NCBI GenBank assembly: GCA_040752415.1
Contig: JBFMGU010000015.1
Span: 1-64,000 of the forward strand
DNA from: Myxococcota bacterium
Lineage (GTDB): Bacteria; Myxococcota; JACRCW01
Length of the DNA stretch: 64,000 bases
Reading direction: 5' to 3'
The position numbers and the translations under genes were made by a program. Shown piece by piece: positions 1-12,193 of this stretch (the first letter of the stretch is position 1; the number at the start of each line of letters is the position of its first letter). The notes under the pieces were generated by a model. That model made no database searches. It saw nothing but the letters and a program-made list of their open reading frames with translations, and had not been told where the DNA came from.

Positions 1-1
1 C

Positions 2-325
2 TCTGCGTCGTCGTCAGGCGGCTCTTCGTCGTCGTCAGGGGGCTCTACGTCGTCGTCGGGCGCCTCTTCGTCGTCGTCAGGCGGCTCTTCGTCGTCGTCA
101 GGCGGCTCTTTGTCGTCGTCATCTGGGGCCAGCCCCGGTTCGTCCACCAGTGAAGCCGGTTCCCCGTCGTCAGGCGAAGGCGGGGTGGATTCGGACGCGA
201 GCTGCGGGTGCTCCACCGCGTCCACCGACTCCTCTGAGCAGCGCGCCTGGCTCGTCTTCGCAGCGCTCCTGGGTGCAACGCTGCGCCGTCGTCCGCGGAA
301 TCGCGGTTCGATCACGGAGCCCTGA
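2..325 (+). CDS. C-terminal fragment of a surface protein with Ser/Gly-rich linker and MYXO-CTERM-like sorting tail (5' end outside window)
   Basis: Frame open from position 2; (SSSSGGS)n linker, then SCGCST...AWLVFAALLGATLRRRPR (Cys motif, TM helix, Arg cluster). Confidence 0.8.
   Translation, partial: SASSSGGSSSSSGGSTSSSGASSSSSGGSSSSSGGSLSSSSGASPGSSTSEAGSPSSGEGGVDSDASCGCSTASTDSSEQRAWLVFAALLGATLRRRPRNRGSITEP
5..124 (+). repeat. 21-bp coding tandem repeat (about 5.5 copies)
   Basis: Unit close to TCGTCGTCGTCAGGCGGCTCT with few substitutions; encodes SSSSGGS. Confidence 0.85.
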
Positions 326-415
326 CGCGCACCTCGCGGGTGCGGAGCGTGAACGCACGCGCGCGGGCCGGGGGTGACGGATGCATCACCCTGTCGAGCG
401 GGGATACGCCGTCAA

Positions 416-2899
<2,484 letters not shown>

Positions 2900-2900
2900 T

Positions 2901-3407
2901 TCAGGCCGGCTTCTCCAGGCACAGCGCCACCAACGAGCCCAGGAGCATGCCGGAGTGGATGGTGGAGGAGTACTTGTGGAGGCTGTTGAAGGACACGCGC
3001 AGCGCGTTGTCCTCGGGGAGCAGGTCAATGGCGGTGCCCATCTGCGCCAGCAGGTCCAGCATGGTGGGCGTCAGCCACAGCATGGAAACGAGGACGCTGA
3101 GGACGCCCAACGCCACAGCGCCCAGGCGGATCTGCCAGCGCGGGCCCTTGTCCCAGAGAAGGCTGGCCCCCACCAGGATCCCCACCACCAGGCCCATCCA
3201 CGCCAGCTTCTGCAACGTGGGCACCACGACGTCACCGGCCAGCGCATTGGGCGCCGGGGTGACCCGGTCGGGCGGGGCGTTACGCAGCACGCGGAACAGC
3301 GTGGGCGCGACGAGGAACGAGAAACAGGCCACGCTGCCGAACCACAGTCCCAGCAGCGCGCGACGGGTGTTGCCGAGGACAGCTTGCGCCTTGGAGCTCA
3401 GTGCCAT
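2901..3407 (-). CDS. Four-TM membrane protein, DUF4149-like
   Basis: LWFGS...FLVAPTLF N-terminal helix and F..LH..S C-terminal motif; four hydrophobic segments. Confidence 0.7.
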   Translation of the reverse strand: MALSSKAQAVLGNTRRALLGLWFGSVACFSFLVAPTLFRVLRNAPPDRVTPAPNALAGDVVVPTLQKLAWMGLVVGILVGASLLWDKGPRWQIRLGAVALGVLSVLVSMLWLTPTMLDLLAQMGTAIDLLPEDNALRVSFNSLHKYSSTIHSGMLLGSLVALCLEKPA

Positions 3408-3508
3408 GGCTCGCGTTCTGGCGGGCGGGCGCGGCCGGCGCAAGGGACCCCGTGCACCGGCGGGGGCAACGTCGTATGGAGGGTGGCCTTTTGGCCCAGA
3501 GGGAGCGG

Positions 3509-5071
3509 ATGACTGATCGCACGAGCGGACTGGAGCGCGAGCCGGTCCTGATCCTGGACTTTGGTTCCCAGTACACGCAGCTCATTGCCCGACGGGTGCG
3601 TGAGCTCCGCGTCTACTCGGAGGTGCTGCCGTTTGACGTGCCCCTCCTCGAGCTGAAGCGTCGACGCCCCTCCGCGATCATCCTCAGCGGCGGGCCCGCC
3701 AGCGTCACGGAAGCCACGGCTCCCAACGCCGACCCGCAGATCCTGGACCTGGGCATCCCCGTGCTGGGCATCTGTTACGGCGCGCAGTGGATGAGCCAGG
3801 TGCTGGGCGGGCAGGTGCACCACGCGCCCAGCCGGGAGTTCGGCCGCGCGGAAATCGACGTGCATGAGCCGGGTGATCTCTTCGCCACCATCGGCGTGGG
3901 ACGACACCCGGTGTGGATGAGCCACGGCGACCAGGTGGAGCGGCTGCCGCGCGGCTTCTCCGTGCTGGCCTCCACGCCCACGTGCCCGTACGCCGCCATC
4001 GCCCACAAGGCGCGTCGGCTCTACGGCATCCAGTTCCACCCCGAGGTGGTGCACACGCCGGGCGGCTCGGAGATGCTCAACGCGTTCCTGACGCGCGTGG
4101 CGGGCGTGCAGCACCTGTGGCGCATGGCCGACATCATCACGCAGTCGGTGGAGCGCATCCGCGAGCAGGTGGGTGAGGGCCGCGTGGTCTGTGCGCTCAG
4201 TGGCGGCGTGGACAGCGCGGTGACGGCGGCCCTGGTGCACCGCGCCGTGAGTGACCGGTTGACCTGTGTCTTCGTCGACAATGGCGTGCTGCGCCAGGGT
4301 GAGGTGGAGCGCGTGCGCCAGGTCTTCAAGGACACGTTCCACATGGATCTGCGGGTGGTGGACGCGCAGGAGCGCTTCTTCAACGCGCTCAAGGGCGTCA
4401 CCGACCCGGAGGAGAAGCGCAAGCGCATTGGCCTGGAGTTCATCAACGTTTTCGACGTGGAGGCCGCGGCCATCACCGGCGTCACGCACCTCGCGCAGGG
4501 CACGCTGTACCCCGACGTCATCGAGAGCGTGAGCCACCGGGGACCGTCGGCGGTGATCAAGAGCCACCACAACGTGGGCGGCCTGCCGCGGAAGATGAAG
4601 CTCAAGCTGGTGGAGCCGCTGCGTGAGCTGTTCAAGGACGAGGTCCGCGCGCTGGGTGAGGAGCTGGGCCTGCCACGCACGTCCGTCCGTCGTCAGCCGT
4701 TCCCGGGCCCCGGCCTGGCCATCCGCGTGCTGGGCGAGGTGACGCCGCAGCGCGTGGCCCTGGTGCGCGCCGCCGACGCCATTGTGCAGGAGGAGGTGGA
4801 GGCCGCCGGGCTGCAGGAGAGCCTGTGGCAGGCCTTTGCCGTGCTGCTCCCGGTCAAGAGCGTGGGCGTCATGGGAGATGCCCGCACGTACGAGGAGACC
4901 TGCTGCATCCGCGTGGTCACCAGCGACGACGGCATGACCGCGGACTGGGCCTATCTCCCGCGCCCGGTGCTGGACCGCATCTCCACCCGCATCATCAACC
5001 AGGTCCGCGGCATCAATCGTGTGGTGATGGACATCACCAGCAAGCCGCCCGGCACCATTGAGTGGGAGTGA
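3509..5071 (+). CDS. guaA: GMP synthase (glutamine-hydrolysing)
   Basis: ILDFGSQY, GICYG, QFHPEV, LSGGVDS, IKSHHNVGGLP, KPPGTIEWE motifs. Confidence 0.98.
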   Translation: MTDRTSGLEREPVLILDFGSQYTQLIARRVRELRVYSEVLPFDVPLLELKRRRPSAIILSGGPASVTEATAPNADPQILDLGIPVLGICYGAQWMSQVLGGQVHHAPSREFGRAEIDVHEPGDLFATIGVGRHPVWMSHGDQVERLPRGFSVLASTPTCPYAAIAHKARRLYGIQFHPEVVHTPGGSEMLNAFLTRVAGVQHLWRMADIITQSVERIREQVGEGRVVCALSGGVDSAVTAALVHRAVSDRLTCVFVDNGVLRQGEVERVRQVFKDTFHMDLRVVDAQERFFNALKGVTDPEEKRKRIGLEFINVFDVEAAAITGVTHLAQGTLYPDVIESVSHRGPSAVIKSHHNVGGLPRKMKLKLVEPLRELFKDEVRALGEELGLPRTSVRRQPFPGPGLAIRVLGEVTPQRVALVRAADAIVQEEVEAAGLQESLWQAFAVLLPVKSVGVMGDARTYEETCCIRVVTSDDGMTADWAYLPRPVLDRISTRIINQVRGINRVVMDITSKPPGTIEWE

Positions 5072-5400
5072 CCTCGTCGGAGGCACCAGCGTGACCGCTG
5101 CCACGTCGGCGGCGCGCAGATCCCGCAAAGCACAGACACGATTTTCCTCAGGCGCCAGCTTGAATGCGGCAGGGCGTCCGTGCGTCCAAGCTTTGTGGGC
5201 GCCGGAGAGGCCTGGCGCCGCTGGAGAATGACGCAGGGTCGGGTGACCCCGGTCACACCACGATGGGACGCGAGAGCCGGGCGGGTTGTTCAAGCGTGCC
5301 GGATCGGTGGTAGGGATGGTGACCGGCTTTTGGGGTTTCTGCCCTGACGGGTGTCTGAACTGACAAGGTGCGGCGCCGCCGTGCCGCTTGGAGAGCAAAG

Positions 5401-6234
5401 ATGCGGACCGTCAAGACTTGGGCTCGTGGAGCAACCGTGGTGCTGGCGTTGCAGCTGGCCGTGGCGCACGCCGCGGACGCGCCGCCGGCGGGCGGTGCGG
5501 CGGTGCAGAAGATTGGTCACGGGGAGATCAACTGGTCTGATGGCTACATCACGGCCACCGGCAGCGGCGCGGCGGACACCAAGGCGGCCAACGTTGCCGT
5601 GGCGCGCCTGGGCGCGGAGCGCGCCGCCAAGCTGGATGCCTTCCGCAACATCCTGGAGACGCTCAAGGGCGCCAACGTCACCTCCAAGGTCACCGCCGGC
5701 GACGAGATGAGCTCCAACGGCGCCGTGAAGGCCAAGGTGGAAGGCCTCATCAAGAACTTCAAGGTGGTGGACACCAAGTACTACTCGGATGGCAGCGTGG
5801 ACGTGGTGGTCCGCGTGGACATCAAGGGTGACCTGGCGGACGCGCTGATTCCGGACCCCGCCAAGGCGGTGGCGGTGCCCAGCCAGGGGGCGGCCAAGAA
5901 CACCGGGCTCATCATCAACGCCAAGGGGCTCTCCGCGGTGCCGGCCATGTCGCCGCGCGTGGTGGATGAGGCCGGCAATGAGGTCTACGGCGCCGCGGTG
6001 GTGACGGAGGCGGCGGCCAAGGAGAACGGCATTGCCGGCTACGTGAAGGACATGGAGGCCGCGCAGGGCCACGGGCGCGTCAAGGGCACCCCGCTGGTGG
6101 TTCGCGCCATCAAGCTGGCCCCCGGCGGCAAGACGGACCTGGTGATCAGCAACGCGGACGCGGAGAAGCTGCGCGACCCGCAGAGCAACCTGTCCTATCT
6201 GTCCGAGGGCAAGGTCATCATCGTCATTGACTGA
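5401..6234 (+). CDS. Secreted LPP20-like protein
   Basis: Signal peptide ending AVAHA; INWSDGYITATG..A...AERAAKLDAFRNILE pattern; C-terminal TGLIINAKG..PAMSPRV domain. Confidence 0.7.
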   Translation: MRTVKTWARGATVVLALQLAVAHAADAPPAGGAAVQKIGHGEINWSDGYITATGSGAADTKAANVAVARLGAERAAKLDAFRNILETLKGANVTSKVTAGDEMSSNGAVKAKVEGLIKNFKVVDTKYYSDGSVDVVVRVDIKGDLADALIPDPAKAVAVPSQGAAKNTGLIINAKGLSAVPAMSPRVVDEAGNEVYGAAVVTEAAAKENGIAGYVKDMEAAQGHGRVKGTPLVVRAIKLAPGGKTDLVISNADAEKLRDPQSNLSYLSEGKVIIVID

Positions 6235-6302
6235 ACTCATCCTTGGCGTCTGACCGCGGCCGGCTACTGGCGGCGTTGGGTTCCAAAATTCGGGAGGCTG
6301 TG

Positions 6303-7469
6303 ATGCGCAGCGTTTGGGCTTACTCTCTGATGACCATGACGGCTCTGGCGGTCTACGCGCCGGGAGCTCGCGCCCAGGAGGACAGCAAGACGGTGGAGGC
6401 CACGGGTCAGGCCGCCATTGTCAACGGTGATGCCGCGGGCGCCCGTGACCGGGCCAAGAAGGACGCGCTGCGGAACGCGGTGGAAATGGTGGCGGGTGCC
6501 AACGTCACCAGCGTGACCACGGTGAAGGACTTCCAGCTGGTCAGCGACGCGGTGGCTTCCAAGGCCGAGGGCTTTGTGAAGGAGTACAAGATCCTGGAGG
6601 AGAAGAACGAGGGCGGCGTGGTGACCATGCGGGTCTCCGCCACCGTCAGCAAGTCCGCCGCGGCGGATGCCTTCTCCCTGGCGTTGATGGAGGCGGGTCA
6701 CCCCAAGGTGGCCTTCATCATCGCGGAGCGCATGGCGGGCCAGACGGATTTCTCCTTGGCCAACCAGGAGCGCGGCAAGAGCGAGAACATGATGGTGGAC
6801 TACTTCCAGCAGCGCGGCCTGACGGTGGTGGACCTGGGCGGCCTGGCGGGAATCAATCTCAACGGCACCGCCTCCACCGGCCAGCTCAGCGCCCAGGACG
6901 CCGAGTACCTGAGGGAGAAGGCGGACGCGCAGTACGCGGTGGTGGGTACCGTCGTGGGCGTGGATGCCGGGCCCATCATGCAGACCGGCCTGCGCAGCTA
7001 CAACATGAGCCTCACGCTCAAGATGTTCAACACGAACACCAATGAGGTGGTGGCCACGGTGACGAAGAGCAACGCCATCCCGTGCACCGCGCCCAACCTG
7101 GCGCCGCCCTCGTGCAGCAGCCTGTACCGGGCCCGCGTGGTGGATGCGGCCGCCCAGGAGCTGTTGGAGAAGACCTCCAAGTCCTTCGTCAAGAACATGA
7201 CGGGCACCAAGCGCGTGCAGATGCACGTCACGGTGGCCAACTTTGGCGCGCTGCAGAAGTTCATCAAGGCGCTGCCCGAGGATGTTCGCGGCGTGGCCAG
7301 CGTCCAGCAGCGCTCCTTCAAGGGTGGCAAGGCCGTCCTGGACGTGGAGCTGGAGGGAGGCGACACCAACTACCTGGCCAGCGAGCTGAGCGCGAAGAAG
7401 ATTGGCGGGGCCGCCGTGGAGGTCAACGGGGTCAATCCCAGCCAGCTGGAGATCGAAATCAAGAAGTAG
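6303..7469 (+). CDS. Secreted protein with FlgT N-terminal-like domain
   Basis: Signal peptide; VEATGQAAI..D...ARDRAKKDALRNAVE...GANV pattern; central CsgG/TolB-N-like alpha/beta segment. Confidence 0.65.
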   Translation: MRSVWAYSLMTMTALAVYAPGARAQEDSKTVEATGQAAIVNGDAAGARDRAKKDALRNAVEMVAGANVTSVTTVKDFQLVSDAVASKAEGFVKEYKILEEKNEGGVVTMRVSATVSKSAAADAFSLALMEAGHPKVAFIIAERMAGQTDFSLANQERGKSENMMVDYFQQRGLTVVDLGGLAGINLNGTASTGQLSAQDAEYLREKADAQYAVVGTVVGVDAGPIMQTGLRSYNMSLTLKMFNTNTNEVVATVTKSNAIPCTAPNLAPPSCSSLYRARVVDAAAQELLEKTSKSFVKNMTGTKRVQMHVTVANFGALQKFIKALPEDVRGVASVQQRSFKGGKAVLDVELEGGDTNYLASELSAKKIGGAAVEVNGVNPSQLEIEIKK

Positions 7470-7537
7470 CCGTTTGCGGGTGGTGCAACCGGTAGCTGGC
7501 GGAGGACGCCGTTCCCCCGCAGTCAGTGAGGCCTTCC

Positions 7538-8362
7538 ATGAGAATGCGCGTGGTCAGTTCCCTGGGTGCGGCGGCCATCTTCTCCGCTGCTGCGCTGTGG
7601 CTGTTGCCGGCAACCGAGACGCAGGCCGCCAAGGCCGCCAGCGCCAAGGCCGCCGGTGTGGCGGGCAAGGTGACGTTCATCAAGGGCGGTGCCCAGCAAG
7701 GCCAGAGCGAGAAGGGCCCGTTCAAGCCGCTCCGCCGCAATGACGACGTCCGCGAGGGCGCGTGGCTGAAGACCGCGGGGGATGGTCGCCTGGAGGTCAA
7801 GCTGGCCGACGGCTCGCTGGTGCGCCTGGCTTCCGGCACCACCCTCAAGCTGGGTGAGGCCAAGGCCGACAAGGCCCAGGAGCCCGCGGCGGGCCAGAGC
7901 AAGCTGACGGCCGGGAAGATGTGGGCTTCCGTGACCAAGGCGGTGGGCAGCGAGAGCAAGTTCGCCGTGCGCACGGAGAACGCGGTGGCCGGCGTGCGTG
8001 GCACCACCTTCCGCGTCAACGCCGAGGAAGACGGCTCCACCCTGGTGAAAGTCTACGAAGGGGCGGTGGCGGTCTCCAACGCGCCCATCGTCGAGAAGCA
8101 GAAGGCGGCGGGCGGCGGCAAGAAGGGCCCCATCGACTTCAAGAACCGCACGCAGGTGGCGGCCCCGTTCCAGGAAGTGAGCAAGGAGGAGTGGGAGAAG
8201 ATCGTGGGGCAGATGATGTCCATCCGCGTGGCCAAGGACGGCACGCAGGCGGAGCCCACCGAGTTCACCGCCGAGAATGACGCCGCCAGCGAGGAAGAGA
8301 AGGAGTGGATCGCGTTCAACCAGGAGCGCGACAAGGAAGCCCAGGCGGCCACTCCGCAGTGA
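7538..8362 (+). CDS. Secreted FecR-domain protein
   Basis: LKTAGDGRLEVKLADGSLVRL...FAVRTENAVAGVRGTTFRV...VKVYEGAVAV is the FecR-domain pattern. Confidence 0.85.
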   Translation: MRMRVVSSLGAAAIFSAAALWLLPATETQAAKAASAKAAGVAGKVTFIKGGAQQGQSEKGPFKPLRRNDDVREGAWLKTAGDGRLEVKLADGSLVRLASGTTLKLGEAKADKAQEPAAGQSKLTAGKMWASVTKAVGSESKFAVRTENAVAGVRGTTFRVNAEEDGSTLVKVYEGAVAVSNAPIVEKQKAAGGGKKGPIDFKNRTQVAAPFQEVSKEEWEKIVGQMMSIRVAKDGTQAEPTEFTAENDAASEEEKEWIAFNQERDKEAQAATPQ

Positions 8363-8370
8363 TGTCCTCT

Positions 8371-8408
8371 CGTCGATGCGCGCTCGCACCGGGTAGCGCG
8401 CGTCGGCG
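8371..8408. terminator. GC-rich hairpin between convergent genes, possible bidirectional terminator
   Basis: CGTCGATGCGCGCT / AGCGCGCGTCGGCG, 14-bp stem including G-U pairs; no U-tract. Confidence 0.5.
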
Positions 8409-8447
8409 GACGCTTCGAATCCCCCCACAACCTGTCACCAAGAAGCG

Positions 8448-11400
8448 TCAGGCGGTCTGACCTTCCCGGGCCAGCTTGTCCTTGGCGAGCGCGCGCTTGA
8501 GGAAGCGCAGGGCGAGGCGGCTCTCGTCGGTCTGGGAGGCCAGGGAGGGTGTGCCGCCGGGGTGTGACTCGTCGGGGGCGCCGGGTGTCTCCGCAGCCAC
8601 CACGCGCGCCTGGGCCTGCAGGCGGTACTGCTGCGCCGTCAGGCGGTCACCCGCCGAGTCTGCACGTCGCGCCAGCGCCAGGTCCAGGTGGCCCAGGTGC
8701 AAGTCGACGGCGCTGAGGAAGATGGGGTCGTCCACCGCTTTCAGCAGCGCGGCGGCCTGGCCCAGCAGCTGGCTGGCGTCCTCCACGTGCCCCAGCGCCG
8801 CCGTGACGCCGCCCAGGCTGGCCAGGAAGATGCCCTCGTAGCGCTGGTCGCAGACCTCCCGGACCACCTCCACGGCGGCCTGGTAGTTGGCCTGCGCCTC
8901 CTCCAAACGCTCCTGCTCGTGACGGAGGAAGCCCAGGTAGCCCTGGCTGATGCCCTCCAGGCGCCGGTCGCCGACCTCGCGGTTGATGGTGAGGCTCAGC
9001 TCATAGTGCTTGCGCGCCTCCGAGAGACGACCCAGCTCCTGCTCAAGGATGGCCAGGTAGAGCAGCACCAGGCCCTCGGCGCGGCGGTCGCCCACGCGAC
9101 GGAAGATGTCGCGGGCCTTCTCGTAGTTGACGCGTGCCTCGTTGAGGTGGGCCTCATTGTGCTGGAGCGAGCCGAGGCGCTGCAGCGCGCGGGCCTCACC
9201 CCAGTTGTCGGCGAGCTCACGATTGATCTCGAGCGTGCGCTCGTAGAGGGGGCGGGCCTCCTCGGTGTGGCCCTGGTCGTCGTGGACCTTGCCCAGCACG
9301 TCCAGCACCGCGGCTTCCACGCGTCGATCCTTGGCCTCGCGCGCGAGCCGCAGCGCCTGTTCTCCGTCGAGCAGCGCCTCCGCCATCCTCCCGCGCGCCA
9401 CCCGGGCCCGCGCCCGCGCCTCCAGCACCCGCGCCCGCAGTGCCGGGAAAGCCACGCTGAACGTGGGGCTGTCGACGGCACCGTCGAGGAGCGCGAGGTG
9501 CGCGCCAAAGGGGCCGCGCGTGCTGAGCACCGGGTCCACCGCCAGCAGCGTCCCCAGCGCCAGCTGCGCAGTCTGCGGCGTGGGCGGCTCCGCGACGACG
9601 GCGCGCTGGTGCACCGCCATCAGGTTCTCCTGCTCCTGCGCCAGGCGCCGCATCTTCTCCACGCCGCCGTGACGACGGAGATTGCCCGCCCAGTCCGTGC
9701 CCACCTTCAGGAAGTACGCCCCGTGCTTGGCCAGCGCGGACTCCGCCAGGCCCATCTGCTGCAACTTCTCCGCCGCGTACTCGCGGATGGTCACGTACAG
9801 ACCAAAGCGCAGCTCACCGGGGAAGTCCTTGGGCTCGTAGGTGCGGAGCAGGGACTTGTCGCGCAGGGCCTGCACCACGTCGAGAACCCAGGGCGCTTCC
9901 GCGTGCGCGGAGAGGTCCACCACCTCCTCCGCCGCCTCCAGCGTGAAGTCGCCGCGGAAGACGCTGCACTGTGCCAGCGCGCTCTGCTCCCACGGCTGCA
10001 GCAGGTTCCATGACCAGTCAATGGCGCCGCGCAGCGTGGATTGACGGGCGTTGCTGTCGCGCTTGGTGCCGGCGAGCAGGTCAAACCGACGCGGGAGGCG
10101 CTCCAGCAGCTTGGCGGCGGAGAGCACACCCATCCGCGCCGCGGCCAGCTCGATGGCGAGTGGGATGCCGTCGAGCTGACGGACGATTTCCGCCACCAGC
10201 GGCGCTTCCGCTTCCGTGAGCGCGTAGCCACGTCGGACGGTGCGCGCGCGCTCCACGAAGAGCTGCACGGCCTCGGAGGCGGCGACGTCGTCACCGGCCT
10301 GGGGCGTGGGCAGGGGCGCCAGGTTGTGCGGGACCTCGCCGGGGAGTCGCAGCAGCTCCCGGCTGGTCACCAGGAAGTGCGCGCGCGGCGCCATCTTCAG
10401 CCACACGCCCAACGTGGCGGGTCCGTGCTCCACCACCTGCTCGAAGTTGTCCAGCAGGATGAGCACCCGGCCGCGCGCCGCGAGGGACTGACCCAGCTGA
10501 CTGACGACGTCACCACGCGTGGTCCCGCTCACCAGCGCCACGTCCAGCGCGCGACCCACCGCGTTGCACACCCCGTCGATGTCACGGGCTTCCGTGAGGT
10601 CGCACAGCCAGGCGCCGCCGCCCGCGTTCTCGGTGAACTGCTCCAGGTTTGCGTACGCGAAGTGCGTGGCGAGTCGGCTCTTGCCCGTGCCGCCAGGGCC
10701 CAACAGGGTCACCAGCCGTTCACCGCGGGTGAAGAGATCCTTCAGCGCCGTGAGGTCCGCCGCGCGGCCCACAAAGCCGGTGAGCTCCGGTCCCAGGTTG
10801 GTGCGGCGGAGGTCGACGACGGTGGGCGCGGCCGCGTCGCTCAGCCCGCTGGTCACGCTGTTGCTGCCCGTGCCCGGCGAGGCGAAGGGACCCGTGCCCG
10901 CACCGCTGCCTTCCTTGGGGAGCTGCGCCGTGGCCGCGCTGTGGATGCGCATGGAGCCCGTCTTGGGACGCAGGCTCTCGGTGGCCTCCTCGATGTTCGA
11001 GATGGAGCCGCTGACGGGGTCCACCTCCAGCATCGGCTCGGCGAGCTGTTCGTGCTGCAGCGTGGCGGCAAACAGCGTGCGCATGTACTGGCCCACGCGC
11101 GCCGGCGAGTGCACCACACCCTGGTGCGCCAGGTACTCCTCGAGGGCAAGCACCAGCTCCTGGCAGTTGCCGAAGCGGTCGTGCGCCTTGCGTGAGAGGG
11201 CCTTCATCAGGATCCGCTCCAGCGCCGGCGGGTAGCCGCTCACCACGCTCGACGGCGGCGGGACCTCACACTCCATCACCGCGTGCAACGTCATGACGTC
11301 ACTGTTGCGGTAGAAGAGGCGCTTCATCGTCGTCAGCTCGTACGCCACGATGCCGAGCGCGAACTGGTCGGTGCGGTGGTCCACGGGCTCGCCGGAAGCC

Positions 11401-11987
11401 TGCTCCGGGCTCATGTAGCTGTACTTGCCCTTGAGCACGCCGCTGGCCGTCTCGAACGTCTGGCTGGCGGCCTTGGCGACGCCGAAGTCCAGGATCTTCG
11501 TCGAGCCGTCGTAGGTGACGAGGATGTTCTGCGGGCTGATGTCGCGGTGGACGATGTCGAGCGCGCGGCCGTTGAGGTCCGTCTTGGCGTGCGCGTAGTG
11601 CAGGCCGCTGGCCGCATCCATGACGATCTGCAGCGCGTGACCCAGCGGCACGGGCTCGCTGGCCTCGGAAGCGCGACGGAGGATGCGTCGCACGTCCTGC
11701 CCGTGCAGGAACTCCATGGAGATGAAGTACGTCCCCTTGTCCTCGTGGATTTCATACACGCTGACGACGTTGGGATGGCGCAGGTCCGCCGCGGTTCGGG
11801 CCTCATCCAGGAACATCTTCACGAACGCTTCATTCTGCGCCAGGTGCGGAAGGATGCGCTTGATGACGACGAGCTTCTCGAATCCCCGGAACCCGGTCTG
11901 GCGCGCCAGGAACACCTCCGCCATGCCGCCGGTGGCGATTTTCCGCAGCAGCTCGTACTTGCCGCCGATGGTGACGGGCGCGCTCAT
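8448..11987 (-). CDS. Ser/Thr protein kinase fused to STAND (NB-ARC-like) ATPase and TPR array
   Basis: Kinase GGMAEV, VIKRI, HRDISPQN, DFG, SPE; P-loop GPGGTGKS, LLDNFEQ, GIPLAIELAAAR; several C-terminal TPR-like repeats. Confidence 0.92.
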   Translation of the reverse strand: MSAPVTIGGKYELLRKIATGGMAEVFLARQTGFRGFEKLVVIKRILPHLAQNEAFVKMFLDEARTAADLRHPNVVSVYEIHEDKGTYFISMEFLHGQDVRRILRRASEASEPVPLGHALQIVMDAASGLHYAHAKTDLNGRALDIVHRDISPQNILVTYDGSTKILDFGVAKAASQTFETASGVLKGKYSYMSPEQASGEPVDHRTDQFALGIVAYELTTMKRLFYRNSDVMTLHAVMECEVPPPSSVVSGYPPALERILMKALSRKAHDRFGNCQELVLALEEYLAHQGVVHSPARVGQYMRTLFAATLQHEQLAEPMLEVDPVSGSISNIEEATESLRPKTGSMRIHSAATAQLPKEGSGAGTGPFASPGTGSNSVTSGLSDAAAPTVVDLRRTNLGPELTGFVGRAADLTALKDLFTRGERLVTLLGPGGTGKSRLATHFAYANLEQFTENAGGGAWLCDLTEARDIDGVCNAVGRALDVALVSGTTRGDVVSQLGQSLAARGRVLILLDNFEQVVEHGPATLGVWLKMAPRAHFLVTSRELLRLPGEVPHNLAPLPTPQAGDDVAASEAVQLFVERARTVRRGYALTEAEAPLVAEIVRQLDGIPLAIELAAARMGVLSAAKLLERLPRRFDLLAGTKRDSNARQSTLRGAIDWSWNLLQPWEQSALAQCSVFRGDFTLEAAEEVVDLSAHAEAPWVLDVVQALRDKSLLRTYEPKDFPGELRFGLYVTIREYAAEKLQQMGLAESALAKHGAYFLKVGTDWAGNLRRHGGVEKMRRLAQEQENLMAVHQRAVVAEPPTPQTAQLALGTLLAVDPVLSTRGPFGAHLALLDGAVDSPTFSVAFPALRARVLEARARARVARGRMAEALLDGEQALRLAREAKDRRVEAAVLDVLGKVHDDQGHTEEARPLYERTLEINRELADNWGEARALQRLGSLQHNEAHLNEARVNYEKARDIFRRVGDRRAEGLVLLYLAILEQELGRLSEARKHYELSLTINREVGDRRLEGISQGYLGFLRHEQERLEEAQANYQAAVEVVREVCDQRYEGIFLASLGGVTAALGHVEDASQLLGQAAALLKAVDDPIFLSAVDLHLGHLDLALARRADSAGDRLTAQQYRLQAQARVVAAETPGAPDESHPGGTPSLASQTDESRLALRFLKRALAKDKLAREGQTA

Positions 11988-12193
11988 GGCCGGGGGCAGC
12001 CTACAACCAACCCGCGGTGCTGGGGAGCCGCGTGGGACCGCCGGCGTCATCTCGCGCCAACGCTCTCGCCCGAGGGGCGCTCCGACGCGGAAAGCGCGGT
12101 GAAAAGCGCTGCGGTGCGTGGTAGTTGCGACGTCGCGCCGGCGTGGCGGGCCTCCCTCTGTTGGGCGGCGCGCGGCCGGCAAGGAAGGGCCCC

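Noticed and set aside
5072..5400. Possible genomic island or att site at the guaA 3' end, or a riboswitch in this gap
   Set aside because: No integrase, no direct repeat of the guaA end seen, downstream genes have host-like codon usage, and no recognisable aptamer motif.
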